From Longimicrobiales bacterium (GTDB taxonomy: Bacteria; Gemmatimonadota; Gemmatimonadetes; Longimicrobiales; Gaopeijiaceae): a DNA stretch of 64,000 nt. Of the stretch, positions 9,504 through 20,780 are shown in pieces. Numbering within the stretch: the first letter of the stretch is position 1; each line of letters starts with the position of its first letter. The DNA lies in NCBI GenBank assembly GCA_965249725.1, contig CBDFMQ010000002.1:1696001-1760000 (forward strand). Direction: 5' to 3'. Under the pieces are notes generated by a model. That model was not told where the DNA came from and ran no database searches. It saw only the letters and a program-made list of their open reading frames with translations. Both the position numbers and the translations under genes were made by a program.

Positions 9504-9654
9504 CAGCCTGTCCGACAGGGGCGCCCGATCCGGTCGGAGTCGCGCGGCTCGGCGCTCGTCGGGGAGAGACGGACACTAGCCCCTCCGGTTCAACGCCTGT
9601 TTCTCGCGGGGGCCGATCATGACGATGCGCCCACCCCGGATCGCCCGTGTGGGC

Positions 9655-10878
9655 CTAGAAGAACCGGCTCACACTGAATGTCAAGAAATCGTCGCGCCGG
9701 AGCGTGTGAAGGGGTGCCGTGTGGTCGGTGTGGAGGAGCAGGCGCATCTCGACGGCACCGATCCATCGCTCTCCGAAGCGGCGCTCGGCCTCGACAAACG
9801 CGATCGTTTCACCGTGGTCGAGGTCCACGATCGGCCCACCAAGAACGGACGTGCCCTGGACATCGTTGAGCGCCCACCGGAATCCAACGAAAAGATCGTT
9901 GTCGAAGGCTGTGTACGGCGCGTCGACGCCCCGTCCGTCGAGCATCACCTCGGCCAGGAGACCCAGGTCCCCAGCTCCGGGCCACACCCCGAAGAACGTG
10001 TGCTCCATCCCGAGCACACCTGCGGCAAAGCGATCTCCGTGCCCACCCCGCGTCATCGCCTCGAGCTTCCACAACGTGGCCCCCCGCGTGTATTGGGCGT
10101 CCACGCTGAACTGGTCGATGATCGTGTAGTAAGGCTGAAGCCCGAAGCCGTCCACGGTCTCTCGGGGCAGCAGATAGGGCTCCCGGCTCGTCCCATAGAA
10201 GCCGGCCACCCCGAGGTCGATGCTGCCCAAGCTGTGGGACCAGCGTGCCGCCACGTCGGGCCGCCACCTCCCGGCGTCGGACTCGTAGGCCGGGTCGTCC
10301 AGCACGGACGCGAGGCCGCGAAGGCGCCCCTCGCTGCCCGGATAGGTGCGCTCGCGGAAGAAGGGCATCACGAACAGGTCCAAGGCGCCCCAATCCCGCT
10401 CTAGTGTGAAGTTCACCATCGGCTGGCCGAGCTTGCCCTCGCCGTCGATGTCCTCCACTCCATCGGTCTGATTCACGATGTCCACCAGATGAATCGACTC
10501 GGTCGTGCCCCAGAAGACCTTTCCAACGCCGGCCATGAGCGTCCATCCGCCTCCCATCCAGAGGGCGCTCGTCTCACGAAGGTCGAAGTGAGTGCGGCCC
10601 TCGTCGTGCGTGTCCAAGCGCAGCATAGGCGCTAGACGGAACTCCGCACCCGCCCAGTCCGCCCACCAGATGAACTCGGGGGCGAGGCCAACCGACGGGG
10701 AAAAGACGGCATCATTCTGTTCGGCGAATAACGGATCGTTGGGGAAGATGCGGGTCTCGACGAATACCGAGCCCCTGATTTCCTGTCCGGCCAATCCAGT
10801 CGCGGCCGGGGGCGCGACGCCCCCGGCGAACGCTGCGATCAGGATCCACACATATGCCTGCTTCGGTGCAGTGGTCAT
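9655..10878 (-). CDS. Outer-membrane beta-barrel-like protein of the MMPL/LolA-like cluster
   Basis: Signal peptide, KVFWGTTESIHLVDIVNQTD, terminal aromatic residues. Confidence 0.75.
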   Translation of the reverse strand: MTTAPKQAYVWILIAAFAGGVAPPAATGLAGQEIRGSVFVETRIFPNDPLFAEQNDAVFSPSVGLAPEFIWWADWAGAEFRLAPMLRLDTHDEGRTHFDLRETSALWMGGGWTLMAGVGKVFWGTTESIHLVDIVNQTDGVEDIDGEGKLGQPMVNFTLERDWGALDLFVMPFFRERTYPGSEGRLRGLASVLDDPAYESDAGRWRPDVAARWSHSLGSIDLGVAGFYGTSREPYLLPRETVDGFGLQPYYTIIDQFSVDAQYTRGATLWKLEAMTRGGHGDRFAAGVLGMEHTFFGVWPGAGDLGLLAEVMLDGRGVDAPYTAFDNDLFVGFRWALNDVQGTSVLGGPIVDLDHGETIAFVEAERRFGERWIGAVEMRLLLHTDHTAPLHTLRRDDFLTFSVSRFF

Positions 10879-10890
10879 GTGTATAGGCCC

Positions 10891-11703
10891 CTATCGACCC
10901 CGGCGAAGACGCGATGGCGTGAAATCGCCCTCGGTCAACCCGGTAGCAAAAGCCCACTCGCTGAAGACCAGGTCGGTACTCTTGCCGTTCTGGTGGTTCT
11001 CCATCTGCATCATGCCTGGGCGCCAGTGCTGGCCGAGATACTGCTGATAGTCGCGGTAGTTGAGCGTCTTCAGCAACGCGTCCTTACGATCGTAGAAATC
11101 GATGCGCTGCACTCGATACTCGTCCTTGTCCCACCAGACGACCTGCTTGGTGTAGCCCGACTTCTCATAGAGCGGAAGGCGCTCGACGACGTAGCATGTC
11201 AGGTCCCCGCACGCCTCCTGGCCCACGAAACGGTAGTCGTACTTGTCGAGCTCCTGCGAGACGAGATCCTCGTACGCGAACTCGCTGCCTACGAACGGTC
11301 CCGACTTGTTGGCCGACGAGATACGCTTCACCCGCTTGAGCGCTGGCAGGAATAGCCACTGTTCGTCGGGATCCAGAATCTTGGTGTGTGACAGCAGCGA
11401 GGTGCCGGCCACATCTCGCGGCGCGTCGAATGTGATCACACTCTTGTCTCCGGCGTTGGCCTCGGGTGTCTCGAGGGCCTGTCTACGCATGGCCCGTTCG
11501 CTCTCGTCACCGTTCCGATTGCGCAGAACCATACGCATCGTCGTGGAGTTGTCGGCCCAACCGTAGTCACGCCTGTCCGCCTCCTCCGCGATGGTGCGGC
11601 CCTGTGCCTCGGCGGATTCTTGGGTGACGGCCACGTCGGGGGTCCCGATCATCGAGACGGACATGAGGGCGGCAAGAGCCAGCCCGTTCAGTGTGGTTTT
11701 CAC
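10891..11703 (-). CDS. Outer membrane lipoprotein-sorting (LolA-like) protein
   Basis: PRDVAGTSLL, DEQWLFLPALKRVKRI, FVGSEFAYEDL. Confidence 0.85.
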   Translation of the reverse strand: MKTTLNGLALAALMSVSMIGTPDVAVTQESAEAQGRTIAEEADRRDYGWADNSTTMRMVLRNRNGDESERAMRRQALETPEANAGDKSVITFDAPRDVAGTSLLSHTKILDPDEQWLFLPALKRVKRISSANKSGPFVGSEFAYEDLVSQELDKYDYRFVGQEACGDLTCYVVERLPLYEKSGYTKQVVWWDKDEYRVQRIDFYDRKDALLKTLNYRDYQQYLGQHWRPGMMQMENHQNGKSTDLVFSEWAFATGLTEGDFTPSRLRRGR

Positions 11704-11745
11704 GGTAGCACTCCTTCTATGCAGAGAATCGGTTTTGAGTCGGGA

Positions 11746-14103
11746 TCAGACCGCATCGGGCACCGCGACCAAACGCGGGCTCAAAACGGGGTACCTCGCA
11801 GGGCGGCGGTCGAACGCGAGTAGGATCGCCGGAAGGAGTAGGAAGTCGATCACCAGCGCGGACGCCACCGTGAGCGAAGTGAGCAGCCCCATGTAGGACG
11901 TCACTCGGAACGTGCTCAATCCGAGCATCGCGAAGCCGACGGCCACGATCAGGGTGGTGCCCAAGATCGCGGGCCCCACCGTGCGGAACGCGTACCGAAC
12001 CGCGTCTGGTGCGTCCATCGAGTCGCGAGCGTATTGGTATTTGCTCAGGAAATGAACCGTGTCGTCCACGATGATGCCGATGGACAAGCCCGCGACGATC
12101 GAGACCGCGAAACCGACCTGACCGACCACCATGGCCCAGACGCCAAAGGCCATGAACGCCGGAAGAATGTTGGGAACTAGGCTGATGATGCCGAGTCGCA
12201 CACTCTTCAGAGCGATCATCAAGATGCCTGCGATGAGTGCGAACCCGAGGCCCGTTCCCAAGAGCATCGACGCGATGTTGCGCCGTGTGATCTTGGAGAA
12301 CATGAGAGGCGTGCCTGTGGCGCGCGCAGAGCGCATGCTCGGGGTTCCGTTCCGAGCCAACCACGTCTCGGCCAGCGCCACTTCTTCCTCAACCACCTTC
12401 ACGTCCACGTCACCAAAGGTCACGTCGATCCTCAGGGAACTCTTATCTAGGTCGATCTGGTCGTTCACGTCGAGACCGTAGGGGAGCGACAGTTCGTACA
12501 ATAGCAGGTACTGGGCACCCAGTTCTTGGCCGGTCGGCAGACGGTACTCGGCCGGATCGTCGGCATTCATGTTCATGTTCAGGCGCTTCATCGTGCGCGT
12601 GAAGCTGTTCACATGAGCAACGCTCGGCCGAGCCTCGAGCCAGTCGGTGAACTCATCGACCTTGGCCAGGTACTGGGGATCGCTCACCTCCTGAGATCCC
12701 CCGGCCTCGAGCGAGAACGTGGTGGTGTAGAAACCCGTCAGGTTTTCGATCGCGAAGTCACTGGCCTGGCGAATCTCGAGCGCAGGCGAGAAGTACTCGA
12801 GAAAGTGGTCGTTCACCTCGAGCGTGGTCACCGCGACAGACAAACCGACGGAGGCCACAGCCATCCCGGCCAAGACCGGGCGATAGCGCGACACGAGCAT
12901 GTCACTGAAACGATCTAGCCAGGTGGTTATCAAGCTCCCGCTCGCGCTTCGCTCCTTGATCGGTAGGATCGCAACCACGGCGGGCAGCAACGTCATCGAG
13001 GAGATCCAAGCGAATATCACGCCTAACGAGGTCAGGTTGCCCAGCAGCCGGAACGGCGGTGAGTCACTGAAGTTGAGCGTCATGAAGCCGACCACCGTGG
13101 TCAGCGTCGTGAGGAAGACCGGCTTCACATTGACGCGCATAGCCTCGACCAACGCATCCAGCTTCGGGTTACCCTCACGCATCGATTGGAGCAGGGACAC
13201 CAGGATGTGCACGGAGTCCGCTACCGCCAGCGTGAGGATAATCGTTGGCGCCGATGCGCTCGTAGGATCCAAGAACACTCCCATGTGTCCCGCGATTCCC
13301 AAAGCGGCAGCCGTGGAGAATCCAATCACACCCAGTGTCGCTACCAGCCCCGTGCCCGAGCGGAGGAACGCCCCGATCGTGATCATGAATGCCAAGAACA
13401 TCAGCGGCATGACGACCGGCATGTCCCGCATCGGCGCCTCGGCGAAGGCCCAGTTAAGCATGGACAGGCCACCGACCTGGATCTCGAGCTCCGGGTGGGC
13501 CTCGCTATACTCGGCCACCAAACCCCGGGCGTGCGCCACCGTCTGAGCCAACTCATCGACTGCCTCACCCGGTAACGAAATGCGCACGTTGACTCCCGTC
13601 GTGCGCGCGTCGGGGGCGATCAGGCGACCCGTCAGGAGAGGTTCGGCGAGCGAGACCCTCCGGGCGCGTGACACCAGGTCGGGAGTGATCTCTCCTGCAC
13701 CTACCAGGTCCTCGACGATCAAGTCATCGCCGTCGGCCCAGGTGTGCTGAAAGTTCGTGATGGCGTCGACCCGAGTCGAAAACGGGATCTGCCACGCGTC
13801 GTCGGTGAGCGACCGGATCACATCCAGATTCGCCGCCGTGAACACTTCTCCTTCTCGGGGCTTCACGATGAACAGCACATTGTCGTTCTTCGTATAGATG
13901 TTCTCGACGGCCTCGTAGGCGTTGAGGTCGGGGTTGTCTTCGCTGAAGAAGACCCGGTAGTCGTTGGCCAGGCCCAGCTTCGTCATGCCCGTTCCCGAAG
14001 CCAACGTCACGAACAGCGCACCGAGCACCACCCACCATCTGTTCCGGATCACCCAGCGCGTGTAGCGCTCTGTGCGGCTAGCGGGGTTCGTCTTGTCACT
14101 CAT
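11746..14103 (-). CDS. MMPL/RND family transporter
   Basis: Two TM repeats; LAVADSVH and GIIVDDTVHFL motifs. Confidence 0.9.
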   Translation of the reverse strand: MSDKTNPASRTERYTRWVIRNRWWVVLGALFVTLASGTGMTKLGLANDYRVFFSEDNPDLNAYEAVENIYTKNDNVLFIVKPREGEVFTAANLDVIRSLTDDAWQIPFSTRVDAITNFQHTWADGDDLIVEDLVGAGEITPDLVSRARRVSLAEPLLTGRLIAPDARTTGVNVRISLPGEAVDELAQTVAHARGLVAEYSEAHPELEIQVGGLSMLNWAFAEAPMRDMPVVMPLMFLAFMITIGAFLRSGTGLVATLGVIGFSTAAALGIAGHMGVFLDPTSASAPTIILTLAVADSVHILVSLLQSMREGNPKLDALVEAMRVNVKPVFLTTLTTVVGFMTLNFSDSPPFRLLGNLTSLGVIFAWISSMTLLPAVVAILPIKERSASGSLITTWLDRFSDMLVSRYRPVLAGMAVASVGLSVAVTTLEVNDHFLEYFSPALEIRQASDFAIENLTGFYTTTFSLEAGGSQEVSDPQYLAKVDEFTDWLEARPSVAHVNSFTRTMKRLNMNMNADDPAEYRLPTGQELGAQYLLLYELSLPYGLDVNDQIDLDKSSLRIDVTFGDVDVKVVEEEVALAETWLARNGTPSMRSARATGTPLMFSKITRRNIASMLLGTGLGFALIAGILMIALKSVRLGIISLVPNILPAFMAFGVWAMVVGQVGFAVSIVAGLSIGIIVDDTVHFLSKYQYARDSMDAPDAVRYAFRTVGPAILGTTLIVAVGFAMLGLSTFRVTSYMGLLTSLTVASALVIDFLLLPAILLAFDRRPARYPVLSPRLVAVPDAV

Positions 14104-14124
14104 CCGTTTGATCTCCTCTTGAGG

Positions 14125-14142
14125 ATACCGACTGGTTGGTAT
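14125..14142. promoter_or_regulatory. Putative TetR operator 1, ATACCGAC-TG-GTTGGTAT
   Basis: Near-perfect palindrome upstream of MMPL; sister copy at 14821. Confidence 0.7.
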
Positions 14143-14156
14143 GTTTTAGGTTACAA

Positions 14157-14183
14157 GAAAACCCCGCAAACTGGTTCGCGGGG
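14157..14183 (-). terminator. Intrinsic terminator after tetR
   Basis: CCCCGCGAAC-CA-GTTTGCGGGG followed by TTTTC on the minus strand. Confidence 0.6.
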
Positions 14184-14189
14184 GGCGCT

Positions 14190-14822
14190 CTAGGGTCTGA
14201 GTCCTTCCAACAGCTCCAGGAACATCGTCAGGCCAGCTGTGACTGCTTCCTTGTCATGAGATGTTTTCACCGACCCGATGAGGCCCTGGTAGGTGGCGAA
14301 TACCATGCTCGCCACCGCAACCGGGTCCACGTCCTCACGGACGTTGCCGGCCTTCTGACCCCGCTCGAAGGCCGCTCGGATGCCTTCCCGCCAGTCGTCC
14401 GCTATGCGCACGAGGTGCCGTCTGAAGTCCTCGTCGGCGCCTGCTAGCTCCTGGGTGAGGTTGTTCAGAGGACAGCCGCACCTCACGGCGTCGGGCGTGG
14501 CCTCCTCGAAGACACAGCATGACTCCCCCAGCGCGCTGATGGGGTCATCTGACGACTCGAGCGTCGCCAACCAGCGCTCTCCGAGCATCGGCCGGATCAC
14601 GTCGTCGATGACCGCGTGAAGGAGTTCGGCCTTGTTCTTGAAGTGGTGATACAACGCACCCTTCGTAACACCCGAGTCGGCGAGAATGCGATCGAGGCTC
14701 GCTCCCCCATAACCATGGGCGTAGATCTCACGGAAGGCGTTCTCGACGAGCAAAGCTCGAGTGGCCTCAGGGTCGCGGGTCCGCCCGAGTGGCGTGGATG
14801 GGGTGGTGTCTTGCGTTAACAT
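14190..14822 (-). CDS. TetR/AcrR family regulator
   Basis: [33 protein letters not shown]. Confidence 0.92.
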   Translation of the reverse strand: MLTQDTTPSTPLGRTRDPEATRALLVENAFREIYAHGYGGASLDRILADSGVTKGALYHHFKNKAELLHAVIDDVIRPMLGERWLATLESSDDPISALGESCCVFEEATPDAVRCGCPLNNLTQELAGADEDFRRHLVRIADDWREGIRAAFERGQKAGNVREDVDPVAVASMVFATYQGLIGSVKTSHDKEAVTAGLTMFLELLEGLRP

Positions 14823-14838
14823 ACCGACCAGTATGTAT
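14821..14838. promoter_or_regulatory. Putative TetR operator 2, ATACCGAC-CA-GTATGTAT, overlapping the tetR start
   Basis: Same half-site as 14125. Confidence 0.6.
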
Positions 14839-14846
14839 CAAACCCA

Positions 14847-17540
14847 CTACCCTGTCAACACCGTTCTCCCGCTTGCCGCTCGCCCCACGCGCTCGAAGGG
14901 GTGGATCTCGACGTCGGCGAGGGTGAGTTCGTAACGCTCCTCGGCCCTTCGGGCTCGGGCAAGACCACCCTCCTGCTCGCCATTACTGGACTCGTCGAGC
15001 CCGATGAGGTCAGTCCCCGCCCCCTTCACGTGCTTGTGGAACCAGCCGATGAAGCGCGCCCACATGTCGAGCTTGTTCTCGATTGCCCGCGGCGTGTGTG
15101 ACTCGTACGGATAGACGTAGAGCACCGCTGGCTTTCCGAGCGTCGTGAGGGCCTGAATGAATCGCTCGGACTGAATTGGGAAGGTGCCCGTGTTGTTGTC
15201 ATCTCCTCCGTGGTACATGAGGAGCGGTGTGTTCATCTGGTCCGCCTTGAAGAACGGGGACATCTCGATGTAGGTCTGCGGCGCCTCCCAGATGCTCCGC
15301 CGTTCGGCCTGGAAGCCCGCCGGCGTGAGCGACCGGTTGTAGGCTCCGTCTCCAGCGATCCCCGCCTTGAAGTATGGACTGTTGGCCAGGATGTTCGCGG
15401 TAGCGAACGCTCCATAGCTGTGCCCGCCGTGACCGATCCGGTCGATGTCGATCACACCTAGGCCGTCCACGGCCCGGATGGCCCCGTACATCGCGTCCAC
15501 GAGATTGGAGATGTAGGTGTCGTTGTAGTTCTCCCCGATGATGGGGATGTCGGGATAGATCAACGCGTAGCCTTGCGTGAGCCAGATGTCGGACCAGCGC
15601 AGCCAGCTCATGTGCGTGAAGGCGTTCCGATTCCGAGCCCGCACGGTGGCGTTCTCGTATTCCTCGGGCTGCTCGTATTCCCGGGGATACGTCCAGAAGA
15701 TGGCGGGCACCTTCTGACCCTCCTCGTAGCCCACGGGCAGGGACACGCGACCCTGGACCTTGAGCCCGTCGCGCCGTTCGAAGTCGAAGTCGATGCGACG
15801 AGAGGCGGTGACATCAGGGAACGGATCGACGTTGTTCGTGAGGTTCTCCATGGAGCCACCGCTCCACACGTAGCTGTCCGGGAAGTCGTTCACGGATTCC
15901 CGACTCACGATCATGCGCCCGAGATCGGCGTCCAGCGGTACTAGGGGCTGGTCGAAGGAGTCGGTCGCACCCTCGAAGACGCGGTCCGTCGCGCCGTCCG
16001 ACAGGCCCACCCGGTCCACGAACGGCTGCGGGCGGAAGTCCGCCTTGTGCCCGGCGCCCTTCAGGTAGGCCGACCGGGAGTTCGAGGACATCAGCGCGTA
16101 CGAGATGCCGTTCCCTGTACGCGACGTCCAGAGATCACCGGGCTGCGCCGTGGGATCATCCGTCTCGTGGAAGGCCACGAGCATGTGCCGAGCGGCCACT
16201 CCCCCACTCAGGTCCCAGTGGGCCAATCCCGACTCGCCGTCCTTGGAGACGGCACCGAACGCGGCGCCCCCGCTGAGCGCATAGGTCACGGAGCCGATCC
16301 GGTCCTCACTCTCGGCGACGACCCGGGCCTGCTCCATGTCGAACGGCGGCGTGAGCAGCATGACCCGATCCGCCCCGCTGTCTCCGTCCTGCCCATCCTG
16401 CCCGTCCCCCTCGCCCGCCTCGGCCTGTTGCAGATACGAAACGCCCGCTCCGTCGGGACGCCACGCGAACCCGCGCGGGTCGGGGCCCCCGTTCGCGCCC
16501 GGCCCGCTCCGGCCCTCCTGCAGGGGACGCTCGTCCAGCGTCGCCATGACCGTACCCTGCCGGTCCATGACGGACGTCCGGCGAGGGAAGCCTCGATACG
16601 CCGTGATGTACGAAAACGGCCGCTCGATCGCGGTCGCCAGAACGTGCCGACCGTCTGGGCTCAGTGAGATCGACTCGAACATGGCCGGCTCCCCCATCAG
16701 CCTGGGCGCCCTGCCCTGCTCCAACTCCACGAGCTGACTCCGCGTGTAGTGCTCGAAGAGCGTCTCGTCATGGTCGTCCCTGAGCAGGTTCGGGTACGTG
16801 GGCGTCGGGGTCGGTTCGGCCCTCGTGCGCCGCACCACCGGACCGGTCGGCACTCGATTCCGAGGCGGTTCCGGCCCCCGGTCCGAAGGCACCACCAGCG
16901 TGATCACGGTCCCCTCCGGAGTCCACTGGAGCATGTTGGACGGCTGGCTGCCCTGTCCCCGTGCGCTGGTGCCTATCGTACCGAGCACCCGCGCGTCGCT
17001 CAGGCTCAGGGCACGGCCGGTCTCGGGATCGGCCGTCCAGACCTCGGTGCCCCCGGGCAGATGAGCCAGGAACGCCAACTGCGAACCATCGGGCGACCAG
17101 GTCAGATCACTCGCGAAGCTGCCATCGGGAAGGTCTACCTCTACGAAGCGCTTTCCGGCGAGCGAGAAGAAGCGCAGCCCGTCGATCCCGTAGGTGTCCA
17201 GGTGCCACAGGCGATCGGTCCGCGGCCGAAGCTCCAACTCGGCCAACCGATACGTCTCCTTGGACATGATCTCGAGCGTGGAGAGCTCCGTCACGTGCGG
17301 CACCACGAAGTGGTCCCCGTCAGGGCTCATGTAGTTCAGCGTCGCGTAGTTCTTGTCCGTCTCGAACAGTTCCTGCACGGAGGCCGGCGGAAGGACGTAC
17401 CGGTCCGCGTCGGGATTCACCGTCGGCGCGTCCTGGGCCGCCGCGAGACGGGCGGTGACGGGCGCTAGGAGCGTGCCATATAGAAGAAGAGCGCTCAGCA
17501 ATGACTGGCGCCGTAAAATCGCCTGCGGACCTGTAAGCAT
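14847..17540 (-). CDS. S9 prolyl oligopeptidase family serine peptidase with aberrant C-terminal extension
   Basis: SD before ATG17540, signal peptide, GHSYG nucleophile, HGGDDNN, YPYESH. Confidence 0.88.
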   Translation of the reverse strand: MLTGPQAILRRQSLLSALLLYGTLLAPVTARLAAAQDAPTVNPDADRYVLPPASVQELFETDKNYATLNYMSPDGDHFVVPHVTELSTLEIMSKETYRLAELELRPRTDRLWHLDTYGIDGLRFFSLAGKRFVEVDLPDGSFASDLTWSPDGSQLAFLAHLPGGTEVWTADPETGRALSLSDARVLGTIGTSARGQGSQPSNMLQWTPEGTVITLVVPSDRGPEPPRNRVPTGPVVRRTRAEPTPTPTYPNLLRDDHDETLFEHYTRSQLVELEQGRAPRLMGEPAMFESISLSPDGRHVLATAIERPFSYITAYRGFPRRTSVMDRQGTVMATLDERPLQEGRSGPGANGGPDPRGFAWRPDGAGVSYLQQAEAGEGDGQDGQDGDSGADRVMLLTPPFDMEQARVVAESEDRIGSVTYALSGGAAFGAVSKDGESGLAHWDLSGGVAARHMLVAFHETDDPTAQPGDLWTSRTGNGISYALMSSNSRSAYLKGAGHKADFRPQPFVDRVGLSDGATDRVFEGATDSFDQPLVPLDADLGRMIVSRESVNDFPDSYVWSGGSMENLTNNVDPFPDVTASRRIDFDFERRDGLKVQGRVSLPVGYEEGQKVPAIFWTYPREYEQPEEYENATVRARNRNAFTHMSWLRWSDIWLTQGYALIYPDIPIIGENYNDTYISNLVDAMYGAIRAVDGLGVIDIDRIGHGGHSYGAFATANILANSPYFKAGIAGDGAYNRSLTPAGFQAERRSIWEAPQTYIEMSPFFKADQMNTPLLMYHGGDDNNTGTFPIQSERFIQALTTLGKPAVLYVYPYESHTPRAIENKLDMWARFIGWFHKHVKGAGTDLIGLDESSNGEQEGGLARARRAEERYELTLADVEIHPFERVGRAASGRTVLTG
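14886..15008 (+). pseudogene. ABC transporter ATP-binding N-terminal remnant
   Basis: [41 protein letters not shown], then similarity stops. Confidence 0.8.
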
Positions 17541-17728
17541 GACCACCTCTACCTCCCGCGATGGACCCTTTGCGAAGGCGTTCACCTTAGGGCGGGCGTT
17601 GGCGGGACGCCATGGTGCGGCGGGGAAATCCCCCACGTCCCTCACCGGCTTCTCCCGACTCTTCAACTCTCGGCCGACGAACCATCATGTATGTGTGGGA
17701 GATTCAGCGGATATGAGTTGAGGCCACG

Positions 17729-18127
17729 ATGCTCTCCAAGACCGCAGAACATGCGCTCCGAGCAATGATCTTCCTGGCCCGCCAGGAAGAGGACGGGGCA
17801 GTGTCCGCCCAGGCAATCGCCGAGGGCGTCGGCGCCCCACCGAACTACCTGGGCAAGACCCTGGGTTCCCTCGTGAACCATGGCATCGTACGCAGCTCGC
17901 CCGGCAGGAACGGTGGATTCCGTTTAGCCATTCCGCCCGATCAACTCACGATCGCCCGAGTGGTCGACGCCGTGGATCCTCCCGCCAATGAGCGTACCTG
18001 TCTCATGGGAGGCCGCCCATGCACGGAGAGCGACCCGTGCGAGGCCCATCTGCAGTGGAAGGTGGTCTTGGATCTCTTCCGTGGTCACATCGAAACCGTG
18101 ACGGTCGCCGACCTCCTCTCAGGATAG
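17729..18127 (+). CDS. Rrf2 family transcriptional regulator
   Basis: LSKTAEHALRAM, PNYLGK, GRNGGFRL, C-x5-C-x5-C-x2-H. Confidence 0.9.
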   Translation: MLSKTAEHALRAMIFLARQEEDGAVSAQAIAEGVGAPPNYLGKTLGSLVNHGIVRSSPGRNGGFRLAIPPDQLTIARVVDAVDPPANERTCLMGGRPCTESDPCEAHLQWKVVLDLFRGHIETVTVADLLSG

Positions 18128-18336
18128 GCACCTCCGACACCGCCGGCCCCAACCGTCCGGCCTCCTACGGAGTCCCGGGAATCCCCAGCATCTCTCAGGG
18201 GAAATCCCACACACATAGCTCGCGACATCCCCACACGGCGCACCCCATTTCTCCCGACTACCTGGCCATCTGCGATAAACCATCATATACACATGCGCGA
18301 ATCGCTGTTTCCTGAGTCCACTCATTGGAGAGGCAG

Positions 18337-19758
18337 ATGTTGATCCGACCCCCACGCGGTTTCTTCTTGGCCCTGACACTTGCGGTCACCACCCTTCCAG
18401 TCCTGTCTGGATGTCAATCCGGAGCCGACGACCAGGTCGCAGGGACGGAACAAGCCGTCCTGACGCACGCCCCGGCGGTCCCTCCCCCGATCACCCGCGA
18501 CTACCCGACGCGTCTGGTCGTCAACCTCGAGACTGAGGAGCACGTGGGGCGCCTGGCGGACGGTGTGGACTACACGTTCTGGACGTTCGGGGGTGAAGTA
18601 CCGGGTCAGTTCATCCGCGTTCGCGAGGGCGATGTGGTGGAGTTCCACCTCAATAACCATCCCGATAGCCGCATGCCGCACAACATCGATCTGCACGCGG
18701 TCACGGGTCCAGGTGGCGGTGCCACCTCCTCGTTCGTGAATCCGGGTGAGTCGGCGACGTTCGTCTTCCAGGCGCTCAATCCGGGTCTCTACGTCTACCA
18801 CTGCGCGACCGCCCCCGTCGGAATGCACATCGCCAACGGGATGTACGGGTTGATCCTAGTCGAGCCCGAGGCGGGGCTTTCACCCGTCGATCGGGAGTAC
18901 TACGTGATGCAGGGTGAGGTCTATACGGGGGGCGGCTACGGTGAGCCGGGACTTCAGCCGTTCAGCATGGAGAAGGCGCTGGCCGAAAATCCGGACTATG
19001 TGGTCTTCAACGGCTCCGTGGGCTCGCTCACTGGGGACAACGCACTCGAGGCCACCGTAGGGGAAACGGTTCGGCTGTTCGTCGGTAACGGAGGTCCAAG
19101 TCTGATTTCGTCTTTCCACGTCATCGGCGAGATCTTCGACCGCGTCCACACGGAGGCCGGCACAACAGTGACGGAGAACGTTCAGACGACGCTGGTTCCT
19201 GCGGGCGGTGCGGCGATCGTTGAGTTCGAGACGCAGGTCCCCGGCGACTACATCCTGGTGGACCACGCCATCTTCCGGGCGTTCAACAAGGGGGCTCTCG
19301 GAATCATGGCCGTCACCGGTCCGCCGGACTCGACGGTCTACTCGGGACGGATCGAACAGGGCGTGTACATACCCGAGGGCGGGGCAATCCAAACGGTTCC
19401 TGGAGCGGCGGTGGAAGCACCGCTTGCATCCACGCCCGAGGAACGGATCGCATTCGGGGAGCGGGTCTATGGGGCGAACTGCGTCGCCTGCCACCAGGCC
19501 AACGGGCAGGGCCTCCCGCCTGCATTCCCACCGCTCGCCGGGTCCGACTTCCTGAACGCCGACAAGGACCGCGCGATCAGCGTGTTGCTCAACGGCCTGG
19601 ATGGGGCCATCACGGTAAACGGCACGACGTTCGACGGGGTCATGCCGGCGCTCCGACTCTCCGACGAGGACGTGGCAAACGTGTTGACGTACATCTACAG
19701 CCAATGGGGCAATTCGGGAGTGGTCGTGCTTCCGGCCGAAGTGACGGACATGCGCTAG
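18337..19758 (+). CDS. nirK: Copper nitrite reductase with C-terminal cytochrome c, lipoprotein
   Basis: [42 protein letters not shown] heme motif; LSGC lipobox. Confidence 0.95.
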   Translation: MLIRPPRGFFLALTLAVTTLPVLSGCQSGADDQVAGTEQAVLTHAPAVPPPITRDYPTRLVVNLETEEHVGRLADGVDYTFWTFGGEVPGQFIRVREGDVVEFHLNNHPDSRMPHNIDLHAVTGPGGGATSSFVNPGESATFVFQALNPGLYVYHCATAPVGMHIANGMYGLILVEPEAGLSPVDREYYVMQGEVYTGGGYGEPGLQPFSMEKALAENPDYVVFNGSVGSLTGDNALEATVGETVRLFVGNGGPSLISSFHVIGEIFDRVHTEAGTTVTENVQTTLVPAGGAAIVEFETQVPGDYILVDHAIFRAFNKGALGIMAVTGPPDSTVYSGRIEQGVYIPEGGAIQTVPGAAVEAPLASTPEERIAFGERVYGANCVACHQANGQGLPPAFPPLAGSDFLNADKDRAISVLLNGLDGAITVNGTTFDGVMPALRLSDEDVANVLTYIYSQWGNSGVVVLPAEVTDMR

Positions 19759-20780
19759 CGGCCCGACACCTCGTGGACCCGGTCGACCAGAAAGGCCACG
19801 GCGGCCGGGTCCGTGGTCCTCTCGATCCCGTGACCGAGGTTGAAGACGTGGCCAGGAGCGGTCCCCGCCTCGGCAAGCACACGATCGATCTGCCGTCCTA
19901 GCTCGTCTCGAGACGCGAAGAGCGCCGCCGGATCCAGATTCCCCTGCACCGCAACGTCCGGACCCAGAATCTCTCGTGCCCGAGAGAGGGGCAGCCGCCA
20001 ATCGACGCCGACCACGTCGGACCCGCAATCACGCGCGGTCTCCAAGAGGGTAGCGCCTTGATTCGGGAAGTAGATCAGCGGCACGTCGAGGGACTGGAGC
20101 GATTCCATAACCCGTCGCACCGCCGGGAAGGCTAAGGTCTCGTACGCACCAGGACCCAGTAGACCCGCCCAGGAATCGAAGAGCATCAGGGCCTTCGCAC
20201 CCGCACGGGCCTGTGCGGCCATGTAGGCGATCATCGTGTCGGCCAGCTTCTCGAGAAGCTTCTTGGAGGTCTCCGGCTCGGCGAACAAGAAGCCCTTCGC
20301 CTCGGCGAACGTCTTTGAGCCCTGTCCCTGGACCAGGTAGCAGAAGAGCGTAAACGGCGCACCGGCGAAGCCGATCAAGGGCGCCGAATCGGGGAGTTCG
20401 CTACTCAGAATACGAACCGTCTCGAGCACGAACGGCACGCTCTCCTCGGGATCGGGCACTCGCAACGCGTCGACCTGGGCCGACGTGCGAATCGGGTCTT
20501 CGACCACCGGCCCCGGGGCGAAGTCGAGCGACACCCCCATGCCCTCCACGGGCGTCATGATGTCGCTGAAGAGAATGGCCGCGTCCATCCCGAACCGGCG
20601 GATGGGTTGGAGGGTCACTTCGGCAGCAAGATCCGGGGTCTTGGTGAGCGTCAGGAAGTCGACTTCGGCTCTGATTTTCCGGTACTCGGGCAGGTAGCGG
20701 CCCGCCTGCCGCATGATCCAGACCGGCGTGTGCTCGACCGGCTCACGCCGGCAGGCCGCGAGAAAAGGGGGGAGGCTCAA
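19755..20780 (-). CDS. hemE: Uroporphyrinogen decarboxylase
   Basis: [34 protein letters not shown]. Confidence 0.96.
   Translation of the reverse strand: MSLPPFLAACRREPVEHTPVWIMRQAGRYLPEYRKIRAEVDFLTLTKTPDLAAEVTLQPIRRFGMDAAILFSDIMTPVEGMGVSLDFAPGPVVEDPIRTSAQVDALRVPDPEESVPFVLETVRILSSELPDSAPLIGFAGAPFTLFCYLVQGQGSKTFAEAKGFLFAEPETSKKLLEKLADTMIAYMAAQARAGAKALMLFDSWAGLLGPGAYETLAFPAVRRVMESLQSLDVPLIYFPNQGATLLETARDCGSDVVGVDWRLPLSRAREILGPDVAVQGNLDPAALFASRDELGRQIDRVLAEAGTAPGHVFNLGHGIERTTDPAAVAFLVDRVHEVSGR

Noticed and set aside
14901..15101. 66-aa ORF as a functional ABC ATPase
   Set aside because: Only Walker A present; no signature or Walker B; treated as a remnant
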